The translations under genes and the position numbers were made by a program. The notes under the pieces are model-generated. The model saw only the letters and a program-made list of their open reading frames with translations, did not search any database and was not told the origin of the DNA. 34,193 nucleotides of DNA from a virus. The stretch is from the IMG/VR virus record IMGVR_UViG_3300045988_182940, positions 1 through 34,193 of that record, one strand, 5' to 3'. Positions 14,867-24,634 of the stretch are shown one piece after another. The first letter of the stretch is position 1, and each line of letters begins with the position of its first letter.

Positions 14867-17800
14867 ATGGAACTACTAAAATTTAACAGATTGAAAGTCT
14901 TGATAGGCGGCACGGATTACACAAATCACGTGCCGTTTCCTTTTAAGTGGAGTGCGCTTTTAGATGAACAACTCGACGAAGCAACGCTCGAACTTGTGCG
15001 CGTGCCGATAGAAAACTTTGAACCACTTCTCGATGTCGTTGTAAAAGTATGGAACGATAGCGACGAAACAAGAGTTATAACTCATAATATGTTAGTCGCA
15101 AATGACGACGCGCACGAAATTCCCGTAGGAAGCGGCAAGTACAATCATACGTTGTATCTGATAGAAGAAACAAAATATTTAGAGGGCTTTTATGTCAGGT
15201 CGCACGGGTATGTAAACTCGTTAAATAAAAAATTCCATCCGGTAGAAGTGTCCCCGGATAAAACACAGTGGGAAAATAGCAGTTTTCAAAAAGACTTAAA
15301 TGCTTATCCAATAAGTTCTCCAAAAACAGCAAATAGCGTTTTGTTTCCCTCGATGAGAAGCGTTTGGTACAATATGCACATCATACAGCCCCCAACAGGC
15401 AGTAATTCGTATGGCGGCTTAGATGACGGGTCAAAGATTGAGATTGTACAATCTAACGGGATTGTTTTTTCGACAAACACCGACAGAACGACAATGGGGG
15501 ATGTTACACTTAATGTCCCCAATGGCAGTTTTACGGCGCGCTATACTTTAAGATTTATTCTTGTCAGTACTGTCGGTAGTACCACAACTACAAGCGTTGA
15601 ACCTGTAATATTTACTTATTCTTTGCTTTGTGCGCCTAACGGGATATCCGACCCCACAACTTGGACAGCTCGTTCGGTAATCGAACGAGCTTTAATTTTA
15701 GCCGAACCGCTCCGTGAGGGAGATTGTCCTCGGTTTTGGCTCAACTCCGCGCAAGCCGCAGAGTTTGAAAAAATTACAGTTCCCGAATTTCAGTTCACTC
15801 AATCCAACCTACGCGAGATATTGCAAGGCATAGGACAATATGTACACGGTGAGCCGAGATTAAAAGGACACGAAATTTACTACGATATGTACGGCAGTTC
15901 AGAACAAACCGAACCATACAGCGTATACGCGGCAAAGGAAGTATCACGCACTCTCGACAGATACACTACAAATATCGACAGTAGCGTAGGCAATCTTGTC
16001 AATTCGCTCGGATATGCAAAGGGCGTGTTTATAGAGCCTTTTGCGGGTGCGGCACTGTCTATGCGTTGCGAAACGATGTATGCAAGAATAGATGAAAGCA
16101 ATATGCTTTTCGCTACGAGATTCGGCATAAACAGCGTAGAAAAGTTCGAGTATTTCAATGACGATACCAACGAATTTTTAGACATAACGCCTTATGTTTT
16201 TGAGTCTGCTGATTATAATCAGATGTCGTCATATGAGGGCGATTATCCGTACTCAAAGGCATACGCACTGTATTATACGCAAGGCGAAAGAAACATACGT
16301 GGTTTTTTGTTCAAAGAAAAAAATGCAATCAATAAAGTGTATGAAGAAGCGGCTATTAAAAACATATTGGGAAAGGTAATGGGAGCAATACCTAAAATCG
16401 GCAATTATGCAAAAATGCAATTCCGCATAACCTATCAGGCATTTATGCCGGCGAGAGTTCAACAAAACAAGTCGCTTATTGTGGCAAAAAAGCATTTCAC
16501 TACGGCGTATAATCAAGGGCAAAACGTCGTTGAAAGCAGACACTACGGAGAAAATCTCAAAGGCGTTGTCGCTCGTTTGGGTAACGTGGATAAGGTTGTA
16601 ACGGTGGTAAAACAAGGGCTTCCTATTATTCCGAAAGTCGGCACTCTTTACGATGACGATTATTATATATCTACCGTCGCCGTTGAGATACAGCCGCAAA
16701 CTACAAAGATAACGCTTGCGCTTTCGCAGGATTTCAACAGATATTCGGCTTACGTTTCGCTCGACAGACAGAAGCGACAGTACGAAATAAGCGAAAAGGC
16801 GGCATATGAAAGTATGCTTTCGTATCGCGATTATGCAATAATCGGGGATAACGCTACAACATACGGCGACGCTATAACTAAAATCAATAAAGTCGTGGAG
16901 TTTATCCAATACCCGCAGGACACGAACAAACCAGTAACATTGCTTAAAGCGAAAGGTGAAGATTCAAAAGCAAACATGTGGCAAGAAGTTGTGCTTCCTT
17001 GTCAGCCTGCGGCAATGGGCAATACAATAGTGTTTATATCCGGGTATAAGGATAACTATTCGGCTGGTGAAAGCGCAGTTGAATGGATAGCAAAAACAGA
17101 TACCAGCGGGACGACATACAACTATTATCAGCAAGGCGTGCCGTATTCTGATGTTTACGGCAATATAGAAAAACTTTACCTTGAATACTACACGGGCGGC
17201 AAGGCAATCGGTGAAGATAACGAGTTCAATCTTGCAAGCACGCTTCCTGCCGCAAATTACTTATTACCCGATAATTCGCCGCTTATAACTACGGGAGATA
17301 ATCCGTTGTGGGTAAAGAAAGGCTCGACGGAGATTTTGGGCATTAACTACCAAATAGATTTCGTAAGTAACCGCCGAAGCATTGTCATCGGCAGTGGATT
17401 CGCAAAGTACTGCTCGCTCGTAAACGGTTACGACGATTCGGCAATATCGTTGGTATTGCTCAAAAACCGCCTGAATAAATTCGAGCGCACGGTCAAGTTC
17501 ACGGAAGCGGACAAGCGCACGTTCCCGAAGTTTACAATTCTCGACGAGCCGAGAGCGTCGTTCAACGCTTATACCCTGACACAATCGGATGGGAATATAA
17601 AAGCGTGGGCGGTCGTTAAAGGCGACGAACTGTTATTCGGCGAAAACAAGGCGTATGCGGTGGGAGATAACATATTCGCGAATTTGTATATCACAATGGC
17701 GCACGACTATCTGCCGCCTGCATACACGGACAAGTTAGACGGCGGAATAACGCTATACCCGAATGATACGTCTGCGGACAATCCCGTGAAGAAAGTCGGC

Positions 17801-18004
17801 GACGAATATGTGGTCGATTGGCAAACGACGTACGATAATGCGTATTGGGTGAATATTCGAGGCGTGAATAAGCCGAACGACACGGCGACCGTTCCGAACG
17901 CGTTAAAGCCTTATCAGGACGCAAATGGAATATGGCACATAGTCGGCAAGTTATACACCGACGATAACGTTGTATTAAAAATCACTGCTTTTAAGTGGAG
18001 GTAA
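14867..18004 (+). CDS. Large tail protein (1045 aa), a distal-tail, tail-tip or nozzle candidate
   Basis: AGGAG SD. The N-terminus MELLKFNRLKVLIGGTDYTNHV resembles tail-tip family starts. The call rests on size and position. Confidence 0.55.
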   Translation: MELLKFNRLKVLIGGTDYTNHVPFPFKWSALLDEQLDEATLELVRVPIENFEPLLDVVVKVWNDSDETRVITHNMLVANDDAHEIPVGSGKYNHTLYLIEETKYLEGFYVRSHGYVNSLNKKFHPVEVSPDKTQWENSSFQKDLNAYPISSPKTANSVLFPSMRSVWYNMHIIQPPTGSNSYGGLDDGSKIEIVQSNGIVFSTNTDRTTMGDVTLNVPNGSFTARYTLRFILVSTVGSTTTTSVEPVIFTYSLLCAPNGISDPTTWTARSVIERALILAEPLREGDCPRFWLNSAQAAEFEKITVPEFQFTQSNLREILQGIGQYVHGEPRLKGHEIYYDMYGSSEQTEPYSVYAAKEVSRTLDRYTTNIDSSVGNLVNSLGYAKGVFIEPFAGAALSMRCETMYARIDESNMLFATRFGINSVEKFEYFNDDTNEFLDITPYVFESADYNQMSSYEGDYPYSKAYALYYTQGERNIRGFLFKEKNAINKVYEEAAIKNILGKVMGAIPKIGNYAKMQFRITYQAFMPARVQQNKSLIVAKKHFTTAYNQGQNVVESRHYGENLKGVVARLGNVDKVVTVVKQGLPIIPKVGTLYDDDYYISTVAVEIQPQTTKITLALSQDFNRYSAYVSLDRQKRQYEISEKAAYESMLSYRDYAIIGDNATTYGDAITKINKVVEFIQYPQDTNKPVTLLKAKGEDSKANMWQEVVLPCQPAAMGNTIVFISGYKDNYSAGESAVEWIAKTDTSGTTYNYYQQGVPYSDVYGNIEKLYLEYYTGGKAIGEDNEFNLASTLPAANYLLPDNSPLITTGDNPLWVKKGSTEILGINYQIDFVSNRRSIVIGSGFAKYCSLVNGYDDSAISLVLLKNRLNKFERTVKFTEADKRTFPKFTILDEPRASFNAYTLTQSDGNIKAWAVVKGDELLFGENKAYAVGDNIFANLYITMAHDYLPPAYTDKLDGGITLYPNDTSADNPVKKVGDEYVVDWQTTYDNAYWVNIRGVNKPNDTATVPNALKPYQDANGIWHIVGKLYTDDNVVLKITAFKWR

Positions 18005-18008
18005 AAAT

Positions 18009-18227
18009 ATGGACAAAGAGAAGATAGCACAGGCAATACTGGCGATTCGCGGAGCGCGTGACGAAGCGGACACGATAGCGGAATACCTTGCGCGATTAGC
18101 CGAGCAACCCGATACAAGCGAAATCGAGGACGAGTATACGGAGATTATCGGCGACGAGTTTAACCACATTATCAAATTCACGGAGTTAGCCTCGGAACTC
18201 TGCGGAATAGATATACCGGAGGACTGA
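18009..18227 (+). CDS. 72-aa strongly acidic protein between tail genes
   Basis: GGAGG SD; D/E-rich (EIEDEYTEIIGDEFNH). Confidence 0.55.
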   Translation: MDKEKIAQAILAIRGARDEADTIAEYLARLAEQPDTSEIEDEYTEIIGDEFNHIIKFTELASELCGIDIPED

Positions 18228-18228
18228 T

Positions 18229-19122
18229 ATGCTTATAGTACTTGACCAAAATTACCGTCCGATAGCGACGAGCGATATGACCATAACGCAGGGTGACGCG
18301 GCACTCGGCAGACTGCTTGTCGTCGCTCCGCCTGCGGTCGGAATTGCGGCTTCGTTTCAATTGCCCGATGAAACGATAACGCAAAAATATCCGTTGTTTA
18401 TGAACCCGGCAAAAGTTCCTGACGAAGTGGATTCCTATGTGTATTCGCTGAACGTAAAGAGCAATATTTTTTCGGGCGTTTCGGGTAAACTGCTGATACA
18501 ACTTTGGATATCCATACCGTACGCAGACCCGAATCAAGAGTTCACGTCTATTACAGGCGCGGCAGAAACGGCGCAAGAGTTTTCTGTTGACCCGATAGAA
18601 ATGAACGTGCTTCGAGGTGCGGTAACTATCCCGCAGGTCGGCAAAGACATACCCTCGGACGAAACGTGGACGGCTCTTTTGAACGGCATTGCTACTCTCA
18701 ATTCGGTAGTGTCGGATATGTCAAAACATTCCGTCAAAGCGATTTCAGGCGTTGAGGACATGTGGATGCTTGGCACGGGCTATTACAAACTACTTGTCGG
18801 AGGGCTGATAAGACTTAAACATTTAAGTACCACAGACGCGTTGTGGGACAAAAACGAAGATATGCTCGTGTGGGTAGACAACAAAACGGGCAAGAACGCA
18901 ACGTTTATCGCAATGAACGCTCCAAGCAGGGACAGCACGGGGGCAATGCCGAGTAATCCGACGTTTATCTACGGTTATTCGTACAAAAACGGTTCGGCTT
19001 ATTCTCGTAAAACTTTTGAGCTTAAAACCTATGCGGAGCCGTACAAGGCAGGCTACGGAATAGCGATAGAGAACCAAACTATAAGCGTAAATTTGCCCGT
19101 AGCGGAAACACAGAGTGTATGA
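18229..19122 (+). CDS. Tail/baseplate protein (297 aa), BppU-like N-terminus (weak)
   Basis: GGAGG SD. The N-terminal segment ...MTITQGDAALGRLLVVAP recalls baseplate-upper-protein N-domains. Confidence 0.4.
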   Translation: MLIVLDQNYRPIATSDMTITQGDAALGRLLVVAPPAVGIAASFQLPDETITQKYPLFMNPAKVPDEVDSYVYSLNVKSNIFSGVSGKLLIQLWISIPYADPNQEFTSITGAAETAQEFSVDPIEMNVLRGAVTIPQVGKDIPSDETWTALLNGIATLNSVVSDMSKHSVKAISGVEDMWMLGTGYYKLLVGGLIRLKHLSTTDALWDKNEDMLVWVDNKTGKNATFIAMNAPSRDSTGAMPSNPTFIYGYSYKNGSAYSRKTFELKTYAEPYKAGYGIAIENQTISVNLPVAETQSV

Positions 19123-19132
19123 GGAGGAATGT

Positions 19133-22100
19133 ATGGCAGATTGGATAATCAAAGATACAACGCTCCGAAGAATAGCGGATAAGGTTAGAGGTCTTAACGA
19201 TTCGGGCGCAAAAATGCTTGTTAAAAACATAGCAGATAATATTCCCGAAAAGCAGGATAAGAGCGTTGCTATTACCGAGAACGGCACGCAAACCATAAGA
19301 CCTGATAACGGTAAGATTTTAGGCGACGTTATTATCGAAACCAATGTCGAGGGCGACAATAAACCCGAACAGGCAAAGACGATAAACGTCACGGCAAACG
19401 GCACGCAAACTGTCAAGCCTGATACGGGGAAAACATTATCGCAAGTAACTGTAATAACCAATGTTGAGGGGCGCGAAGTTGTTTTGCAAGAAAAAACTGT
19501 TACACCTACGCAGGAGCAACAGCAAGTCCGCCCCGATACAGGATATAACGGTTTAAGCCAAGTAACGGTTGAAGCAATTCTCACAGAAGAAAAAACTGTT
19601 ACGCCTGCCGCAACGGAGTTTTATGTTTTGCCGACTACGGGTAAATACCTTACTCGTGTAAAGGTAAATGCCGTACCGGCGGAAGAGAAAACGATTACCT
19701 CGAACGGCACGTATGAGCCGAGCGACGGTAAATTTCTTTCCAAAGTGGTTGTAAACGTTCCAAGAGCAGAAGCACAAGTAAAAACCGTAACAGTTACCGA
19801 GAATAATAAAACAACTTATGTATTCCCGGACGAGGGAAAAACTCTGTCGCATGTGGTTATCAACACAAACGTACCCGGTACGGATTTTACAAAAGTAACG
19901 GCAGTGCCTGCGGATGTTGTTTCGGGTAAAGCTTTTTACGACAAAAACGGCTCGTTAGCATATGGCACAATGCCACAGTACAACGGCGAATATTTCGCAG
20001 GTCTTTATCCGCCGACCATAAGCATTGCAGATAATACGCTTATGTGGGAAGCGGTTTTGGATGCCGACGGATATAAAATATATAAACAGACAAGCTCATC
20101 TTCATATGAACTTATCGCAGAAATAACCGCCACTGAATACGATTTGTTGAACTTGGCTGTTGGAAATTATACATTGTGTGTTACTGCGTTTACGGTCGAT
20201 TTGGAAACGCCAAACAGCAACGCCGTCAATTGGGTAAAGGCAAAAATAGAATACACGCTTACGAATACGTCGCTTTTGAGCGCACCCGGATATTTTACAA
20301 CAAATACGCCTGCGACAATAACGTTTAATAAGGCGTTTGGGTATACATATCCGTCAACGCCCGTTGTGGTTTCGGCACAGCTCGATTCGTACAGCAACGG
20401 CGTTTTGGTTTTATCGTCGCCTAACAATATGAGCGTTAGCGTTACGGCGAACGGTGTAAAAGATACGAGTGCAACCATTACAGCTGGTTCTTACAAATTT
20501 AAAGTTGACCCGACCGCAATACGGTCAAATCTTACCGAAGATATTAACTTTACGGCGAATGGGGCAAGCTATACTGCTTTGAGTGCATATTCGAGCGGCA
20601 ATATAGATTACCGAAACGGAGATACTGTTGTACAGGCGTATAACGGGACTACTTGGAGCGATTCTCGCACTATAACAGTAACAAGCACTGCGCACGTGAG
20701 TGCTGATTTCCTCGCGTGGTTCAATAACGCAATGGAGCAAAAGCTCGGCGCACCTGTTATCAAAATTACGGGTGCTGTCGTTTCGTGGACAGCGGTTGCA
20801 AATGCGACTTCTTACGAAATACGCTTTGGTGTCACAACTCTTGCAACTACGAGCGGCACTTCGTTCAATATTTCTACTTATGGTAAGACTATGGGCGCAG
20901 GCTCGCACAATATTACCGTTATAGCGAAAGCAAACGGTTTTGCAGATAGCTCCGCGAGCAATGCTGTTACCTATACCGTGTACAGGCTGACAACGGCGGC
21001 GGATTTTCGCTGTCAAGCTATCGACAGATATTCTGAATTGTTCTCGTGGGACTATATGGACTCTCACGCAACAGGTGGCATAGTTTACGAGGAGTCGGAA
21101 GGCGGTTATACGCAGATAGCAGAGCATACGCGTGACGGCGTTTCCGTGCAATTGCCGTATTCAGGACCGTTCACTATCGGCGCGCATACCTATGTATGCA
21201 AGCTTGTAGATTCTACGGGAGTGTATGACGATAGCAATTACAGCGACGCTATTACGGTTTCTGTGTATGCTTTGACATGGAACGTAGCGGGCGCAAGCAA
21301 GCCTACACAGACATATGCGCTCGGCAATGCTTCGTCCAATTTTTACACGATAACGCCCGATTCGGGTAATGAATTGCCCGAAGCAATCGAGGTGCAAGGT
21401 TTATCAACCTATACTTGGAGTGTTAGAAGCAGTGGCAACGGCACGTTCTCGTTTGATTCTGCGAATATAAATGCGGCGACTTATGCGAGCGGGATTGTGG
21501 TAACTATTAACGCGACAAAACAAGCGACCATTGCCGCAGGCACTTATGTTTGGACGACAGACCCCACGCTTTCTTCAACTTTGGTAGAAGCGAATTTCAA
21601 TTTCACAAGTGGCGGCACGAGCTATACGAAGCTATCTTCGGGCAACAACGATTTTATCAAATATAACGATACTACCGTATATTCGATGTCGGGCGGCGCA
21701 ACATGGACACCTGCTACGGCGCAAACTATCACCGTAACGACCGAACAAAACGTTCCGCAAGACGTGTACAACTTTTTCTTCGGCGGTAGTTTATTGAAAC
21801 AATTAGCTCAACCGGTCATTGCGGCATGCGAAAGATTTATGTTTTGGAATAGAGTTGAAAATGCAACTCAATATTCGTTTAGCGTAACACAAGGTTCTAA
21901 CACGTATGATTTCGGAACAATATACGACATACACAACTTCGTAGAAGCAAAAGCGGCAAACTACAATTTCAATAATAAAAAAATTTCGCTGACGGAGGGT
22001 GATTACAATTACAAAGCACCTTTTGCGGGTAATACCGTCAGAATTATGTTTACCAACAGTTGTTACTTTGAAATTTTCTGCGGAGCAGGCATAACACTGT

Positions 22101-22300
22101 CGTATTATGACTCGGATACAAGTATGCCAAGTACGATTGCAAATGGTTCGTTCAATACGCCTATAAGCTTTACGTTCGGTGATACGGGCGAGCTGTATGT
22201 AGAAAAGTTCTTGCTCGGACAAGGCATATCGCCGTCGTCATTTGCGGAAATAACACCCGAAGAGTTCAAAGCAGGCATAACACTCAACTTTGATTTATAA
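19133..22300 (+). CDS. Tail fibre or receptor-binding protein (about 1055 aa) with six tandem beta-repeats and three FN3-like modules
   Basis: ATG at 19133 with GAGGAGG 5 nt upstream. Repeats of the form K(T/S)VT.T.NGTQTV.PD.GK.LS.V.V.TNV. FN3-like W..V..A..Y.I motifs (LMWEAVLDADGYKIY, VSWTAVANATSYEIRF, FWNRVENATQYSFSV). Confidence 0.75.
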   Translation: MADWIIKDTTLRRIADKVRGLNDSGAKMLVKNIADNIPEKQDKSVAITENGTQTIRPDNGKILGDVIIETNVEGDNKPEQAKTINVTANGTQTVKPDTGKTLSQVTVITNVEGREVVLQEKTVTPTQEQQQVRPDTGYNGLSQVTVEAILTEEKTVTPAATEFYVLPTTGKYLTRVKVNAVPAEEKTITSNGTYEPSDGKFLSKVVVNVPRAEAQVKTVTVTENNKTTYVFPDEGKTLSHVVINTNVPGTDFTKVTAVPADVVSGKAFYDKNGSLAYGTMPQYNGEYFAGLYPPTISIADNTLMWEAVLDADGYKIYKQTSSSSYELIAEITATEYDLLNLAVGNYTLCVTAFTVDLETPNSNAVNWVKAKIEYTLTNTSLLSAPGYFTTNTPATITFNKAFGYTYPSTPVVVSAQLDSYSNGVLVLSSPNNMSVSVTANGVKDTSATITAGSYKFKVDPTAIRSNLTEDINFTANGASYTALSAYSSGNIDYRNGDTVVQAYNGTTWSDSRTITVTSTAHVSADFLAWFNNAMEQKLGAPVIKITGAVVSWTAVANATSYEIRFGVTTLATTSGTSFNISTYGKTMGAGSHNITVIAKANGFADSSASNAVTYTVYRLTTAADFRCQAIDRYSELFSWDYMDSHATGGIVYEESEGGYTQIAEHTRDGVSVQLPYSGPFTIGAHTYVCKLVDSTGVYDDSNYSDAITVSVYALTWNVAGASKPTQTYALGNASSNFYTITPDSGNELPEAIEVQGLSTYTWSVRSSGNGTFSFDSANINAATYASGIVVTINATKQATIAAGTYVWTTDPTLSSTLVEANFNFTSGGTSYTKLSSGNNDFIKYNDTTVYSMSGGATWTPATAQTITVTTEQNVPQDVYNFFFGGSLLKQLAQPVIAACERFMFWNRVENATQYSFSVTQGSNTYDFGTIYDIHNFVEAKAANYNFNNKKISLTEGDYNYKAPFAGNTVRIMFTNSCYFEIFCGAGITLSYYDSDTSMPSTIANGSFNTPISFTFGDTGELYVEKFLLGQGISPSSFAEITPEEFKAGITLNFDL
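19259..19879 (+). repeat. Six imperfect tandem coding repeats, each about 30-39 codons long
   Basis: Residues 49-255 of the 19115 ORF. Repeated strings include aacggcacgcaaac...cctgata. Confidence 0.8.
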
Positions 22301-22309
22301 GGAGGCAAT

Positions 22310-22747
22310 ATGGCGAAAAAATATGAAGTCCCGTTGGAGAACCCAACGGGTGTAATTTTGCAAACTGCAAATAAGTTTGTAGACAGAGTTATTCTCGTTA
22401 AACCGAAATTACAATCTAAAACCGTAACCGCGTCGGCAGGCACAGTCCGAGCCGACGACGGCTATTGCGGGCTATTGGAAGTCACTATAAGCGGTGTGTC
22501 TACGCAAGCCGCTGTTGTGAGTGATACAGTGGAAATTTCGGGAAACAGCGGAGAATTTACGACAGCGGAATACGAAAAGATAAAATCGGGCGCAGACATA
22601 ATCAGGAACGGAGTGGGATTCGTTATGCTTAACGAATTAAACGACGTTAAATGCTACGCCGCAAGTGAGATAACGGGCGAAACGGTAACGCTTACTGTGA
22701 TAAAGGTCAAAGGCAAGTCATGGATTGTTTCGGCGTTCGAGATATAA
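22310..22747 (+). CDS. Tail-fibre-associated protein (145 aa) carrying one copy of the fibre repeat motif
   Basis: AAGGAGG SD. KTVTASAGTVRADDGYCGLLEVTISGV matches the repeat consensus of the 19133 gene. Confidence 0.5.
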   Translation: MAKKYEVPLENPTGVILQTANKFVDRVILVKPKLQSKTVTASAGTVRADDGYCGLLEVTISGVSTQAAVVSDTVEISGNSGEFTTAEYEKIKSGADIIRNGVGFVMLNELNDVKCYAASEITGETVTLTVIKVKGKSWIVSAFEI

Positions 22748-22757
22748 GGAGGTAAGT

Positions 22758-23231
22758 ATGGCGGACGAATATTGGGCTTTGGGCGATAATCCCGTCCTTT
22801 GGGACACGGCTACGCTTGGCAGCAATTTAACAGGCATAACATTTTCCATAGGCAGCAGTCAGGATACTTACAGCAAATTTACACAATTCACATCAGGCGG
22901 AACCATATATCTTAGAGCTGATGGCGATAATACGAGTACGAGGCGTATAATAGGTTCAAAACCAGCAACTGGTGTTTTTAGTTATGAAAAGCAATACGGT
23001 CGTGTTATTACTATTCATAGCATTGAATCTGGAAGTACTGCTTACGAGTGGATAAAGTCGGCAACGGGCGGCAAAGGCGTTAAGTATGATTTGATGCAAG
23101 ATTTAGCCAGCCTTAATTTAACAAATTATCAAAAACTATCCACAGGTTCAGACAGTACAACAAAAATAACAGCAAAAGCTAACGGCTATGCGCCAAACAG
23201 TAATACGGTAACGTGGAGAAAAGGGACGTAA
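22758..23231 (+). CDS. Hypothetical 157-aa tail-region protein
   Basis: ATG at 22758 preceded by AAGGAGG. Codon usage is noticeably more AT-rich than in neighbouring genes. Confidence 0.55.
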   Translation: MADEYWALGDNPVLWDTATLGSNLTGITFSIGSSQDTYSKFTQFTSGGTIYLRADGDNTSTRRIIGSKPATGVFSYEKQYGRVITIHSIESGSTAYEWIKSATGGKGVKYDLMQDLASLNLTNYQKLSTGSDSTTKITAKANGYAPNSNTVTWRKGT

Positions 23232-23240
23232 GGAGTTTTT

Positions 23241-23798
23241 ATGAAAATTAAAGTTGAAGAGAAAAGAGCGGTCATTATAGATAATGCACCGCTCATTATC
23301 GATGTAAGAGAAAAGAACTACATAGACGTCGAAATCCCCGATGATAAAACTTACTTCGTCGGGTTTATCGGCACTACAACCGAAAAGAGAGAGGTTTTAG
23401 GCGGTAAAGTCGAGTTGCCGAAAACCTTTTTCACGGAGCAGACGCTCCAACTTGTTGTTTATCGGGCGGACGGTGAGAGCATAACGGCAATACCGTGTGA
23501 GCCGATAAAGCTGTTTCGCGTAAACAACAAGGCGTTGTTTTTGATGTATATCGAAAACGCGCTCGGAAAGGAAGATGTAAGGGACAAAGCGGAATCGGCA
23601 ATGGCGCAGTGCTATGCTATGGCGGAAATGCTCCAAAAAGCATTGGCAAGAGTAGCCACTCTCGAAACGGAACTTACTGCGGCAAAGAACGACCTTGCGG
23701 ACTTCCACAAACTCTATGACGAGAACGTTGCAAAGATAAACGACGTCATTCAGCGCGTAGAGAACATGGAAGCCGACTACGACATTTTAACAAAATAA
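23241..23798 (+). CDS. Hypothetical 185-aa protein with a C-terminal coiled coil
   Basis: AAGGAG SD; LETELTAAKNDLADFHKLYDENVAKINDVIQRVENME. Confidence 0.55.
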   Translation: MKIKVEEKRAVIIDNAPLIIDVREKNYIDVEIPDDKTYFVGFIGTTTEKREVLGGKVELPKTFFTEQTLQLVVYRADGESITAIPCEPIKLFRVNNKALFLMYIENALGKEDVRDKAESAMAQCYAMAEMLQKALARVATLETELTAAKNDLADFHKLYDENVAKINDVIQRVENMEADYDILTK

Positions 23799-23813
23799 CG
23801 GAGGTATAAAACA

Positions 23814-24626
23814 ATGAAAAAATTAACCATTATATTCGCTATCCTTGTGTGCTTGTGTTTTACTGCGGGCATTTCTGTTGCATATGCGGAAAATACGCCG
23901 AATTTGCAAGTTGCAACCGAAGAAACGGGACAAACCGAGGAAACGGACGGAAAGACCGAAAACGGCTCTACGGGCGAAATTTCGGGCGAAAACAAAGATA
24001 TAAACAAGGGCGAAGAAACACCCGGCGACGGTTCGGGCGAAACTCCCGGGGATAAACCGGAAGAGGACAAGCCCGTCGATAAAGACGCACTGCTCGAAGA
24101 ACTCATTAAAAAGGTTGACGAGTTGATAGCGGAGAAGAACGACGAGGGGCTTGATAAACTATGGGAAGTAATCCGACCTTTTGTTATTTATGTTTTGTCG
24201 GCATTACTCAGCGGCACTATAATTGCAGGGTTTATAAGCAGAGCGATTGCGAAAAAATACGATACGAAAGCGATTGCGAAATCTGTTGTCGAAGATATAG
24301 CGAATAAGGATATTTCCGTTGACCTCGAAACTATGACGAGAAAGGAAATAATGGCTATCGGCACGGCACTTAAAGCGAATTTACAGGACGGGCTTGCAGG
24401 CGTTGAGAATATGCGCCGTTCGCTTGCGCTTGTGTGCGGTGCTTTGGCAAAATCTAAAACTTTGACGCAGGAAGAGCGGGAAGAACTTGCCGCAGAAGCG
24501 AAGAAACTTGATGAAACCGTGCAGGCGGAAGCAAAAGAGAAAGTCGTCGTGCGGCTTGAAAAGTCCGAGCCTGACAAAGAAACGACCGGGGAAACGGGCG
24601 GATTGTTCGACAACCTCGGCAAGTGA
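23814..24626 (+). CDS. Membrane protein (270 aa) with a signal-peptide-like N-terminus, an acidic E/T/G-rich linker, one TM and a helical C-terminal domain
   Basis: GGAGG SD. MKKLTIIFAILVCLCFTAGISVAYA, then ...EETGQTEETDGKTENG..., then TM FVIYVLSALLSGTIIAGFI. Confidence 0.6.
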   Translation: MKKLTIIFAILVCLCFTAGISVAYAENTPNLQVATEETGQTEETDGKTENGSTGEISGENKDINKGEETPGDGSGETPGDKPEEDKPVDKDALLEELIKKVDELIAEKNDEGLDKLWEVIRPFVIYVLSALLSGTIIAGFISRAIAKKYDTKAIAKSVVEDIANKDISVDLETMTRKEIMAIGTALKANLQDGLAGVENMRRSLALVCGALAKSKTLTQEEREELAAEAKKLDETVQAEAKEKVVVRLEKSEPDKETTGETGGLFDNLGK

Positions 24627-24634
24627 GGTGAACT

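Noticed and set aside
16253-16909. 218-aa minus-strand ORF inside the 1045-aa tail gene; similar antisense ORFs at 18823-19584 and 20525-21151
   Set aside because: Antisense to long, well-supported coding regions. They have no ribosome-binding sites, their composition is typical of non-coding frames, and this operon has no other minus-strand genes.
19259-19879. Regularly spaced repeats that could superficially suggest a CRISPR array or a DGR variable region
   Set aside because: The repeats are in-frame coding repeats of a fibre protein, about 90-117 nt long, imperfect and without spacers. No cas genes, no reverse transcriptase and no template/variable repeat pair with adenine-specific differences were seen anywhere in the window.
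23777-24106. 109-aa Ser/Pro-rich minus-strand ORF, and a 68-aa Arg-rich ORF (23849-24055)
   Set aside because: Frame shadows of the acidic E/T/G-rich linker of the 23814-24626 membrane protein gene.
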